Shown here piece after piece: positions 1 to 11,300 of a stretch of 64,000 bases of DNA; the first letter of the stretch is position 1; each line of letters begins with the position of its first letter. The stretch is from Felis catus (taxonomy: Eukaryota): contig NC_058368.1 of NCBI RefSeq assembly GCF_018350175.1, positions 81,842,001 to 81,906,000 on the forward strand. The letters run 5' to 3'. The notes below the pieces were generated by a model. That model did no database searches. It was given only the letters and a program-made list of their open reading frames with translations, and had not been told where the DNA came from. A program made the position numbers and the translations under genes.

Positions 1-285
1 GCCACCCCACCTGTCGTAACCTGTGGCCAGGGTGGGAGCCCCATGCACGCAGCTCAGGCAAGCTCCTGGGCCGCCCAGGGTGATCGTCGGTCATTTAAAT
101 AAGTCAAGTGCACAACAGCACACAGGGCCACCCAATACACGAGCTTCCAGAATTACACCGGAGGTAAATGAGGGAATGAGCCTCTTCTTTCCAAAAGGAG
201 TCAGATCAGAATTCTTTCCGATGACAAGCAGCTCTCCCCCTCCCCGATATAATTAAAATCTACTTTAAAACAAATTAATGTGTTG

Positions 286-490
286 GAGGTGCCTGGGCGG
301 CTCAGTCAGTTGAGCATCCAACTTCAGCTCAGGTCACAATCTCACAGTTTGTGGGATCCAGCCCTGCGTTGGGCTCTGCGCTGGCAGTGTGGAACCTGTT
401 TGGGATTCTCTGTCTTTCTCTCTCTGTCTCTCTGCTCCTCCCCCACTTGCACTGTGTCTCAAAAATAAATAAACACTTTTTAAAAAGATT
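286..490 (+). mobile_element. Can-SINE (SINEC_Fc-like)
   Basis: tRNA-derived head gcctgggcggctcagtc, CT-rich stretch and aaaataaataaac tail. Flanked by the near-duplicated aaaaca(a)attaatgtgttg. Confidence 0.9.
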
Positions 491-547
491 GTAAAACAAT
501 TAATGTGTTGTAGAAAACTCAGTCTTTTTAAAGTCAAGCCAGATTCT

Positions 548-592
548 TTTTTCTTTTTTTTTCTTTTTAGTTTATTTGGACAGAGAGGGAAT

Positions 593-633
<41 letters not shown>

Positions 634-810
634 CATGAGTGGGGGAGGGGCAGAGAGAGAGAGAGATGAGAGGGAGAGAGAATCCCAGGCAGGCTCAGCG
701 CTGTCAGCACAGAGCGTATCATGGAGCTCAATCCCACAAACCGTAAGATCATGACCTGAGCCGAAATCAAGAGTCGGATACCTAACCGACAGAGCCCCCA
801 GGCACGCCTG
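548..810 (-). mobile_element. Can-SINE with internal (TG)n microsatellite
   Basis: Reverse-orientation SINE with a perfect 15-bp TSD gtcaagccagattct at 533-547 and 811-825. (TG)n at about 595-631. Confidence 0.92.
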
Positions 811-1188
811 GTCAAGCCAGATTCTGTACGTGGTACCATTCTGTGTGTCCTCCCACCATCTGCCCGAGTCTTCACGTGGCACAAAGCCCACCAGTGAGCT
901 CCTTAGTAGTGACAACCACCACGGTGACTGTGCTGCTGGGGCCTCCCCGTTTGAGAAACACGCAGGGGCAGCCTCCCCAGGATGTGGGCCATGGTTACCT
1001 TCTTTCTCTCTCGAAGCCTAAGGTTCTCTTTATCCTAAGTGGTTTTATGTGGGCGTTTTGGCTAAAATGAAGTTGGTGGCAGTTTGTGTGTTTTCCTCGT
1101 TGTTTTCCAGCTCGCGGTCCCAGCTGTCACGGCTCCTTCCGGCATGCCCGGGTACCAGCCTGACTGACGACCTCTTTCTTTCTTCCAG

Positions 1189-1292
1189 CTGGCACTAGAT
1201 ACGCACTACTGGACTTGGATAAACCACTTTGTCATCTGGGGGTCACTGCTGTTCTACGTTGTCTTCTCCCTCCTCTGGGGAGGGATTATCTG
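1189..1292 (+). CDS. ATP11A: ATP11A internal coding exon (104 nt; C-terminal transmembrane region of the phospholipid flippase)
   Basis: Acceptor ctctttctttcttccag ends at 1188 and donor gtacga starts at 1293. Translates [34 protein letters not shown](W), the recognisable ATP11A TM-region sequence. Missed by the ORF track. Confidence 0.96.
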
Positions 1293-2704
1293 GTACGACC
1301 CGGATGAAACATTCCCCATGCTGCACATGCTCCCTTCCAGGGCTCTTATGCATTTTCTACACGACGTTCCTGTGGCAAGTCACAGCGCTGGGGCCCGGGA
1401 CAGCAGGGGGAGCGAGGCCGAGTGCTCCCCCCTTCTCTGGCCCGTGCTCTCCGTGAGGAGACGCAAGGAGTGCTTCCCGATCGGGCCGGGATGAGCGAGA
1501 CCGGGGTGCTTGGCAGGGAACCTGGTCCAGACGGCAGGCCTGGCCTGTCTTCTCTGAAGAAGTCGCTACTGAAACGGGAACCTGGGAGGAGGTCACCCTC
1601 CTCATCACGGGTCCCACATGTTCGGTGCTTCCTGGAACAGGGCCCAGGCTGGCAGGCCTGGCTCGTTCGGCATCCCCCGTGCCAGCAGTGACGGCCAGTG
1701 TCTCGGGTGAGCCGGCGGGGCTGGCCTGGGGCCCCGTGCTCTTACAGGAAGACCGCTGTGGCTGCCGTGCTGAAAACAAGCCTGTGAATTAAACATGAGC
1801 AGGACAGTCAACCTGCAGGGAAGCCGGCAAGTTGTGATGCTGGCGTGGTGCGTCCTGATGGGGCGGGCATCTGCTCTGGTGCTTTCAGGGCCACACCTGT
1901 GTCATGCTGTCCCTTCTGCCCAGAATGTCCTTTCCAACTAGCCTACTGGGTGAGCTCCTACTGATCCTTCAAAACCCTGTGGGTCATCGTCCTCCGTGAT
2001 GCTTCCCTTGAACCAGCACACAGGCGGGGCAGTCCCACACGGTCACCTAAGCCTCTGTCCCTGATCCCGTCACAGCACATGCTGTATTTTCTATAACTCT
2101 CCTGTGTGCCCCCCACCTCCCTGTAAGCAGGAACATTTCCTGAACATGCGTGGGACAGGGAGGTACAGAGGGCCGTGACCTGGGAGTGCCTTCAACGGGC
2201 CATCCTCTCCCCTCCGCGTGTTGGCTTTGAACACAGCTCTGGATGATGCAGGCGGCCCCTGGGGGACAGTGCTCCCTCTCACCCCCGCCTCTGGGAGCGT
2301 TGCTGGCCTCTAGTGGCAAGATCTGTGCACTGCATGTTCTTGGGGACCCACAAGTGCTGAGCTGGATGGGCTTCTGGTGGTTTCCAGCCCGCCTGCCCCC
2401 AGCTCACGGTCTGTGCTGGTCCACGTTTGACCCTGAGAGTATGTCTGCCCCGCTCACAGGCAGTGGGCGTAAGAATGGTGGAACTAAGTCAGGGTCACCG
2501 CCAGAACGTTAACTGTGGGTTTCTTCTGGCTTCTCTCATGGAGCCCAATGTAGATGTTTTCTCTGAATTCTGGATTTGCCTGGGAACGAGGCCATTTCAT
2601 GCTGTTTTTGTAGAAAAGATGCCAATTTGTTCACAGGATGAGCCTTGGGTACTTAGCTGGCTCTGCTGACCAGAACCCACACTTGCCTTCTGCATGGTTA
2701 AAGA

Positions 2705-2911
2705 TTTTTTTTTAATGTTTATTTCTGAGAGAGGGAGAGACAGAGCATGAATAGGGGAGGGGCAGAGAAAGAGGGAGACACAGAATCCAAACAGGCTCCA
2801 GGCTCCGAGCTGTCAGCACAGAGCCCGACATGGGGCTCGAACTCACTAACCGCGAGATCGTGACCTGAACCGAAGTCAGATGCTCAACTGACCGAGCCAC
2901 CCAAGTGCCCC
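2705..2911 (-). mobile_element. Can-SINE (SINEC_Fc-like)
   Basis: tttaatgtttattt...gagacagag...gagccacccaagtgcccc, the reverse complement of the SINE consensus. Confidence 0.92.
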
Positions 2912-3290
2912 ACCTTCTGCGTGTTAATAGCCTTTGCTCAGGTTATGATTCTAAGATACAAAAACAAAGCAAAACAGAAAAACCACCTATTTTAATTTTT
3001 TAAAATCTTTTTTCCAGTCCTGACCGCTGCAGGGCTCTCCTCTGGCTGTGGGATGACTCCCTAGAATTCCTCCCTCCTCCCCTGTTCCTTAAGGCCCTGC
3101 AGCCACTGCTTGTGAGTAGTCAGCACACAAGCCAGGGGTCTGGGCCGATGAGTATCGGTGACAACAGTAAGAGCTCCCTGAACAGGTGGGCTCTTCGTGC
3201 CAGCAGAGCAAACAGGCTGCGGTTTCGGCGTCCTCCCGATGACCTCTGACCTGCCAATCTGTCCTTTTTCTCGTGTCCTTGGCGCTGCAG

Positions 3291-3456
3291 GCCCTTCCTC
3301 AGTTATCAAAGGATGTACTTTGTGTTCATCCAGATGTTGTCCAGCGGCCCTGCCTGGCTGGTCATCATCCTGCTCATCACTGTCAGCCTCCTTCCCGACG
3401 TTCTCAAGAAAGTCCTGTGCAGGCAGCTGTGGCCCAGCGCCACAGAGAAAGTCCAG
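3291..3456 (+). CDS. ATP11A: ATP11A coding exon (166 nt; last TM helix and start of cytoplasmic tail)
   Basis: Acceptor ...ggcgctgcag ends at 3290 and donor gtactg starts at 3457. Continues in phase from the previous exon (104+166=270 nt): (W)[55 protein letters not shown], ending in phase 0. Confidence 0.97.
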
Positions 3457-3640
3457 GTACTGGCTGCTCGCAGGGGGAGGGACGGCGTGGGGCGGGGCAG
3501 GGCGGGGCGGGGCGGGGCGTGGTCCCCAGTGTCCAGCCCGAAACAGGCACTGTGATCCCTGTAAGGACAGCAGGAAAGGTTGTGTTTGGAAATGTGATAG
3601 GTCCAAGTATTACTACTGAATTTCATGACACCATATAGGA

Positions 3641-3749
3641 TTTTTTTTTTTTTTAGTTTATTTATTTATTTCAAGAGAGACAGAGAGAGTAAACAGGGGA
3701 GGGGCAGAGGGAGAGAGAGAGAGGGAGAGAGAGAATCCCAAGCAGGCCT
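3641..3749 (-). mobile_element. 5'-truncated Can-SINE with TSD
   Basis: Only the tail and GA-rich part remain. Flanked by the duplicated ccatataggatttt (3631 and 3750). Confidence 0.85.
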
Positions 3750-4149
3750 CCATATAGGATTTTAAAACACTGAGGTAGATGAGATTCAAGACTACCCATG
3801 TTTAGATCCAAACAGCTACTCCGCTGAAATAGAAAATGGTCGAGAGAGAAGGATTAAGCCAACACAAATGACAAATTCTTTTGCGGAAATCTAAAAAAGT
3901 TTTTTTAATTAATCGTTACTTTGGTGGTAAAACTGCATTAGTTTTAGGGATAGTGAATGTGGCCCAAAACTTGAGCATTTATATTGGGAAGTTCTGGTGA
4001 TTTCTAGGCTCACTTATTTTCCCCAACCTCAAATTGAGGCCAACAGGCTGAATTGTGGGTTCAGGAAAGAAGCGACGTATGCAGAATGCCCCATCAGCAC
4101 ATGTCACTCAGAGCTTCTCAAAACCACTGTGGCCTGCTCAGGAAGCATC

Positions 4150-4272
4150 CCCCTACCCCTGTGATCTCAGGGAGGGCACGCCCCCATCCCCCCACCCCGT
4201 GACCTCAGGGAAGGCATGTCTCCCATCCCCTACCCTGTGACCTCAGGGAGGGCACCCCCCCATCCCCCCACC
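4150..4272. repeat. Short minisatellite, about 3 copies of ~40 bp
   Basis: cccta/caccc(c)tgtga(t/c)ctcaggga(g/a)ggca...cccatcccc repeated. Confidence 0.75.
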
Positions 4273-4879
4273 TGATTTGCCTCTGGAGGTGCAGAGCCCC
4301 TGTGAGGAGAAGGGAGATCCTGCTGGTTGTGCAGAAGCCCAGGCAGGGCGGTTCCTGCAGGGCTCACGTCTTCCCTGCTGAGCACAGGTGGTTGTGCAGG
4401 TGAAGGTGGGGGGATGTGCAGGTAGGAGGCTGATTCGCACACTTCAGGCCCAGGCCCCGGCCCCGGTGGGGTCGACGAGCTTTCTTAGAAAGAAGTCTTG
4501 CGCCCATTTAAGACGTTGAGCCCAGCGCCCCGGCTCCTGGTGATTCCCTCCTTTGTGGGTGTTTGTCGACTCAGCACTGGCAGCACTCAGGAGTGAGTGG
4601 GTGTTTGTGAACGACTTCACCCTGAGCTCCGTGGCGTGGCCGCCCTTAACCGTGAGGATGGCAGGGCAGCGGGAAAGGGAGGCCTCTGCCCGGCTGGGTC
4701 TGGTCTGGGCAAGGGAACGCTTGTGGTTTGCTTAGAGGTGGCCGATTAACCGGGCTCAACCGCCTTAACTTGTTTCTCTTTTCCCTTCCTCCTGCCCTTT
4801 GTCTCCAACCTGTCTGCCTCAATAACCACCCCCACCCTGTCTCGCTGCGCACGGCCCCCCGGCCCCTGTGGGACTGCAG

Positions 4880-4957
4880 ACTGAGAATCAGTGCCTTTCT
4901 GTCGAGCAGTCCACCGTCTTTATGCTCTCTCAGACCTCCAGCAGTCTGAGTTTCTAA
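4880..4957 (+). CDS. ATP11A: ATP11A cassette exon encoding the isoform-a-type C-terminus (exon 4880-4966, stop at 4955-4957)
   Basis: Acceptor ggactgcag ends at 4879. Reads TENQCLSVEQSTVFMLSQTSSSLSF*, matching the recalled human tail TKSQCLSVEQSTIFMLSQTSSSLSF. Donor aag|gtgatg at 4966/4967. Confidence 0.95.
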   Translation, partial: TENQCLSVEQSTVFMLSQTSSSLSF

Positions 4958-6422
4958 CGGAACAAGGTGATGCTTTTCTGTCATTCGGCATGGTGGGGTT
5001 ACAGTCGCAGGAAGCAGAGGGCTGACCTTCCTGAGAGCCGTGCACACACCCCCTCTGGGGAGTGTCCGGTCCCATGGCGGGAAGCCCTGGGGTGACCTGT
5101 GTCTTGAGATGCAGAGAGGGCTGTGTTCTCTCCATGCCAGGAACTCACCTGTGTGTCTCTCTGGGTGTCCATTTGAAGTACCAGGTCCCCTGCCAAGGTG
5201 CGGCCACGTCCTTCCTGCGGGCATAGGGCTGCACCACCTTACACTGGCCACCGGGTGGGACTGGCTCCCAAGTCACAGGAGCCCAGGTGGGCAAAGTCAC
5301 CTCAGCACCACCGGTCTCTCCTCAGCCCGTGGCGGATGGAGGGCAAGGCCTCCTCACTCACAACCCCCTCTGTGGACCTATTCTGTGTACAGGGAAACTG
5401 AGGCCACCACGTTAGAGTATGCTCAGGACCCACAGAGCATTGCAGAAAAGACCAGACTCGGGCTGAGCCACTCAGACTGTGGACTGTGTGTTGGGTCAAG
5501 TGTTTCTCCAAATTGCCTTTTAGCTTATTTTTAAAGATCTGATTATTTTTAGACAAAGCCCTCTACTTTGCTGTAAATGGCGGTAGTGGCTTATTTCGCT
5601 GCTTACACAGAAGTTTTCTGTGGCAGGCACCCAGGGTCACAGCCTGTTGCAGAGCCAAGATTTTAGGCACGAAGTGTTGTCCAGAGATGGCTTTCATTCT
5701 GTTTTTCAGCAGTTTATTCATGTAGCTGAATACCACGTTGACGTATGCCTCAAAATTAGTGATGCTTGCATCACTGTCTCCCAAGGCAGCTTATTCGTAG
5801 GAAAATACCTTTAATAATGTTTGATTCTATACAGTTGAAACACTTTTTTAACTCACAGGATGGTACATTTTTTTAAATTTTAGTAATTATCAGCAATCAA
5901 AATTTTTCTGTTAAAGTGCCATCAGAATTTGCTAGAATGAATTACCTAATTTCATCTCACTGTCAACCAACTTACTTAAAAACATCTAGAATGCAATTAT
6001 TAGGAACACCTTAAGTCACAGGATGTGCTTGTGAAATTGATTAAATCCTGTCAACTCTGGGCTAAAAATCTATACTTTCACTATGGAGGCGGTTTGTTAA
6101 GACTCCATCTTGGAAGCCTGCCTCTAGCCGCTGGAGAAGGTTGGTGCTGGGCTCCCTGCAGTGTACTCGGCCACACGGGGCGGCCCGCGGGTGTAGCCAC
6201 ACCACGGAGTGCCTGGCACACACACGGGTGGATATGCCTGTGCTTCTGGGAAGCCACCCGACGCCTGCAAAACTTTGGAGGAACAGAGCGTAGACCGGTC
6301 CTCACTTCAAATGGACAGTTGTTTCCTCCCATCTGTTCTGATACAAAGAAAAACCTCACAGGGGCCAGGTTTCCAGTGTAGACCGATGTGACCCATATAT
6401 GTGTATTTCTGTCTGCATTTAG

Positions 6423-6569
6423 CTGTATTCTCTATACAATCCCACCTGTGCAAAGGGCAGCGACCGCACCTCTCTCCCCAGAAGACCTTGTACTTCCCGT
6501 ACTCACGTCTCAGACCCTGTACCTGTCCACCTCTTAACGATTCTCTTCTCCCGACCACTGAGAAACTAA
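6423..6569 (+). CDS. ATP11A: Candidate additional ATP11A alternative C-terminal exon (48 aa, LYSLYNPTCAKG...LFSRPLRN*)
   Basis: Acceptor gtgtatttctgtctgcatttag ends at 6422, with a branch-like gtgac about 30 nt upstream. Open in phase 0 to TAA at 6567-6569. Usage not demonstrated. Confidence 0.4.
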   Translation: MYSLYNPTCAKGSDRTSLPRRPCTSRTHVSDPVPVHLLTILFSRPLRN

Positions 6570-8161
6570 TACGGTTTAACTAGAAAGCCGGCGCCGGGAG
6601 GCCTGGCCCCGTCGACCTGCGGTGCTGTGACTCCGGAACCCTTCGGGGGTCTAGCCTCAGGCCGGGACTTCTGCGCTCCTGGAGTTGGGGCCAAGGGGCA
6701 GGGGACCAGGGTGTGGTACCTCCCCTTTGGAGCGAGTGCGGCCAGTCTGGGTCCTCTAGCCGGGGCTCCCCCACGGGCCCTCGGCCGCCCCGGCCCTCGG
6801 GCTCCATCTGGTGAAGGGCGCCATCGAGAAGACCCGCTCCTTCCCCGACGGTGCCTATGTCGAGAGCCCGTGCCCGCCCCACGGCCCCAGCCCGCACAGA
6901 CTTCCCACGGCCAACCACATGCCCTTTGGGCACAGAGGGGCCCGGTCCAGCGGTGCCCACTGGCAGAGCAAACCCCACATCGGCCACGAGGCCAGACTGT
7001 GCTCACGGACGGGAGGCGCTTCTGGGGCCGGGCGCAGCCCCTCTCAGTATGTTTCCTCGCCTTGCAGCAGAGCACGAAACTCAAAGCATCGGTCACTGCC
7101 GCGCCCAACACGGACCGGCCACTTCTGAAGGACCTCTTACCGCGGCCGAGGCGCCACTAGCCAAGGATAGGTAACAGTGTCCGCCACGCCGCCCGGCGGG
7201 CCTCCCGGGTGTGCTGTGGTCCTTCCAGACGGTTTGTTCTTCCTCCAAAGTTTTGCTGTGCTGTGCCATTTTTGATAACAGGGGTTCATGGTGAAAAAAA
7301 AAACCCTGCTTTTTATGCACACGTGTGTGTTTCTATCCCAGGTAAGTGACGTGCCTGAGAGTGGCCGGGCCACACACGGCCGTGCACTGTGCCCACACAC
7401 ACGTGTGCCGTGGCCCGTGTTGTCCCACATGGTTTATGAGCTGCTACTCCCCCAATGTGTTCAGGGTTCATTTTGCCAGAACAAAGCCTGTTCCGCGGAC
7501 TTCATTGTGGAAACAGCTTCACCTGAAAGGTCTATCAGGAAAGAGTGTATTTTGACAAAAAAGGGGAATGTTGCATGATTTGCATTGAACGCCGGCCCAG
7601 ACAGATGTCTGGCGCAGGCCTTCTGCTGTCCACAGGCTGACGCGTGGAGCCACATCTGCCCCTGAGAGGCACAGACTTGCAGCCACGCACAAAGAGCACT
7701 CTGAGTTAGGTTTTTGAAGTGTGACAGGCACATCTGCCTGGGGACGGTTTTCCTTTAAGACCGATTTCTCCTTGACTGCTCCCCCACTCCCCACTGCCCG
7801 GTAAACCTCAGGACGTCTAGGCCAGGCCACAGGGTCCCGTGAGCTGTCAGAATCTGCACAGACTGTGTTTGCGTGTGTGGAGGTGACCGTGGACCCCAGT
7901 CTCAGTCCCTCCGGCCTCTGGAAGAGGCTTTGCATGTTGACATGCATCATCTTTGCCAGACGGTGGAGCCAAGCCAGGGAGCCATTTGTAGCCAGAATAC
8001 GGTTACCACGCTGGCTTGGTGCCCTAGTTCAGATGGGTCACATGTGCCCACTCCCCCACCGCATCTGGAACGGGAGCCCCCACAGGCAGCATCAGCGCCG
8101 GTTGGGTGGGGTTCCTGTGGGGGGTCCTGGGACTGACACTGTCTGTCCTGTTCTCCAACAG

Positions 8162-8371
8162 AGCACATGCGTGCACGGCCAGAGCCACCTCCCGGAACTC
8201 ACCCTCCTGGCCTGTCGGCGGAGCTCCAGCCCCTGGGCCACGTGGCCAGGCCCACACACAAAACAGGAGCCACTCTCGTGGCCTCCCCTCTCCAGTCTCC
8301 TGCACAGCCATTCTGTCCCTGTGCCCCATGAGGGGACCACTGGCGGACAGGCCATCAGTCCAGACCTCTGA
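8162..8371 (+). CDS. ATP11A: ATP11A last exon, coding part used when the 4880-4966 exon is skipped (isoform-b-type C-terminus, 69 aa)
   Basis: Acceptor ctgacactgtctgtcctgttctccaacag ends at 8161. Phase-0 frame STCVHGQSHLPELTLLAC... aligns to the recalled human isoform b NGCAQPRDRDSEFTPLAS. Same frame as track ORF 7865..8371. Confidence 0.8.
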   Translation, partial: STCVHGQSHLPELTLLACRRSSSPWATWPGPHTKQEPLSWPPLSSLLHSHSVPVPHEGTTGGQAISPDL

Positions 8372-11300
8372 GAGCCACACGTGTGAGCCTCTCCCCACCC
8401 TAAAGGAGGGACCAGGGCAGTGGGACTTGTCTGGAGCTTGTGGCCAGCACGTCACCTCTCCTGGCTCTGGTGGCCTCACACTGCCTCTGACGGGCATTCA
8501 GTTGTGTTGGGAAGAAGGGCCCCAGGGCCTGCTGCGTCCCCACTGCATGGGGCCTCCAGCCTCAGACACCTCCGGAGAAGGACACCTGTGTGGACGTGCA
8601 CCGTGGACGTGGAGCGCAAGTGGCCACCCCACCGGCCGTGCTGAGCACGGGGGGCCTGTCCTCACCATGGGACGGGCTGGCCTTGCCTCTGTGCCTCCTT
8701 GTCCACAACCCTCTGGTCCTTATGCTTCTAGAACTGGCTGGACCAGCCCCTCGAGCCACGTGTTCCCACAGCCTGTCAGCGTCGTGGCCTGTGCCCTGCT
8801 TCTGTCCAAACCCACCACACGGTGGGGCTGGCCTTCAGGGTCCTGTCTGGTGTGGAGTTTGTTTCTTCGAGGGGGTGCTAGCGTCCCCCATGTGTTGCAG
8901 GGTGTCTTTGAGTCTTGCCTGTCTGCTGGCTGCCCCATGGAGAAAACAGAGTATCGCGTGTGAAGAATGAGTAATACCGTCCGTGTGAGCCTTCCCAGTA
9001 CAAGCTCTGAGATAGTTATCCTCACGCCCCCAAGAATAGAGCCTCCCCATGTTCTCTTGTTGGGAGAAGTCTCCCCCACTTGTTCCAGGGGCAGACCACG
9101 GGCTGTGACGGTCAGACCCCTCCATATCCTCACTCAGAGGTGCCCTCCGGGGGCCGCGTCCATCTTCCAAGATCCATTTCTGGCCCACACTGGTGTGATG
9201 GTGAGTCGGCCTCTGAACCCCGAAAAGCAATATTGCCATCCCAGACTGCTGCCCACACTCGAGACCTTGACCAAACATTGTGTTTTCTGTTAGATGCCCG
9301 CTTTGTTGTCGTCTGTGCTGCCCAGGGCATTAGTTGGGGTGGCAGAGCCATCAGAAGGCTGGTGTGCTGACAGTCCCTGGCACTTCTCTGCACCAGTAAT
9401 TGTTTCTAGAAATAACCTCTTTGACATAGCCTTAATGGTCCGGAAGGAAACTGAGATTTCAGTCTGAGATTCAAGTTCACATGTTGAAACTGATGCCTTT
9501 TAAGAAAAGCATCACCCAGAAGCTAAAGTACAAGCAGGGACCTTTCCCACTGCGGATCCCGTGCTGTGGAACCGGGGACGTCGGTGAGTGAGCCCGGCGA
9601 CTACTTCGGAGATGCGGGATTTCAGGTGTTTTTGGAAGTTCAGGTTTCATAATTTGATTGTATAATGTTTCGCCTATAAAATATTTATTTGAACTAGGGG
9701 GTTAATTCAGTGCGTACACACAGTGGTTGGGATAAGTTCAAGTGAAGTGGAAACACCATACCAAAGACCAGGAGACAGAACAAAGAGTAAGAAAGGGTCT
9801 CCGCCATGAGGGTCCTCGCCACGCCCTCCGCTCCGCCCTCCACACGCCCTCTCCGCTCTGACCTCTCACGCCCTCCCTGCACCGCTGTCCCTGGTCACGC
9901 CCTCTGCCCTCGCCACGCCCTCCCCCCCTCCCTCCCTCCCTGGCTACGCCTTCCGGTAATGCCTCGGTCACGCCCTCTGGCCCCGGCCGTCAGGTCCGCG
10001 CCGGACCTTGCGAACGGTGGTGTGTGCATTTTTACAGCCGTTTTTAAGAACCTACTATGGGTATAAATGTTCCCCCCACACCTGTAGGGGGACAGATTCT
10101 CTGTATGTTTAGTTAACAAATTCTTTGTAACGTATTTTTTTAGAAATCTTAAAATTGCCTTTGCACTGAAGTATTTTCATAGCTGTTTCTATCTCTTTTA
10201 TTCATTTATTTGTTAACATACCGCACCTAATTTTTAAAGTATGTTTTTAAAGCTTTTATTTTTTAAGTTGGTGAACTTTTGGCCACTTTACATTTAAATT
10301 CTGGTGAGAGTTTTGGCTGAATGTCTCAATACCCGATGAATGTGAATTTTCAGATTTGATTTTATTCTCTACACCTGTTTGTTTTTGGTGTTTCCGGTGG
10401 CAGTGATTAGTTGAAGGCATATTTAGAGCACAATGTTTTGCTTGCTTTTTCTTCACAGTTGATTGTGATTGTCATCTGCTCTTTGTTTTGTTTTCGATTT
10501 CCATCCTTCGGCCTTAAGATAGAAGTTTCTCGAGGGATGGTTCAGTATCCTCTTTCCACCTGTATTGAGACGGTCACCGTTTACCTCTGATGATGCAAGT
10601 CTCCTTATGAAAGTCCCTAACCCCTTACATGCTCCAAAATGTCTTTTACAAAATTGTTTGGGAAATATTAAGTGACTGTGCCTGATCATTGGAAACAGGG
10701 GCGGGAGACAGAGCCTCAGAGGTAAGGAAGAACCCGCTGAAAGGCCGCACGTGGGACTCCGTGCAATCTTTCACCAACAGTAGTTAATAATTACTGGCCT
10801 TAAACTGACCTTAAAGCAAGACATGTCAACTTTTAGCATTTTTCTTAGTTTTGAAAACCTTGTTCAGGACTGCACATGTTAATGAATTAATTCATAATTT
10901 CCCACACTGGTCCCAGCATCTGATTCTGGACCCGCACACCATCCCCTAAGAACAGGTCACCAATAAAGCACGGGTGGTCCTGACCCAGTCACCGTCTCTC
11001 TCCTGCTTTCAACTCCGAATCTACTCAGGGCCACAGGCGTGCACGTGTCTCAGCATGCATGCACACACACAGTGCACACACGTACGCACTCCCTGGGCCC
11101 TGTGCATCCTGCCTCCCTCCTAAGGGGACCCTGCCAGGAGCTCCGGCAAGGCCAGGCTCCTTAGACCTCGAGCCTTGTGCCCTGGCTGGACGCCGGAGGC
11201 AAGCGTGGACGGACAACGCTGCGGTGCTCTGGCCTGATAAGCGTCTCCTGTTCGGGGTCCCCCCCCCCACCCGCCTGCCTGCAGCTGTGCCCTCAGGACA

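Noticed and set aside
8106..8963. 285-aa plus-strand ORF in the ATP11A last exon
   Set aside because: Not in phase with the upstream ATP11A exon at the 8162 acceptor, starts at a non-ATG codon in the intron, and has GC-rich UTR composition.
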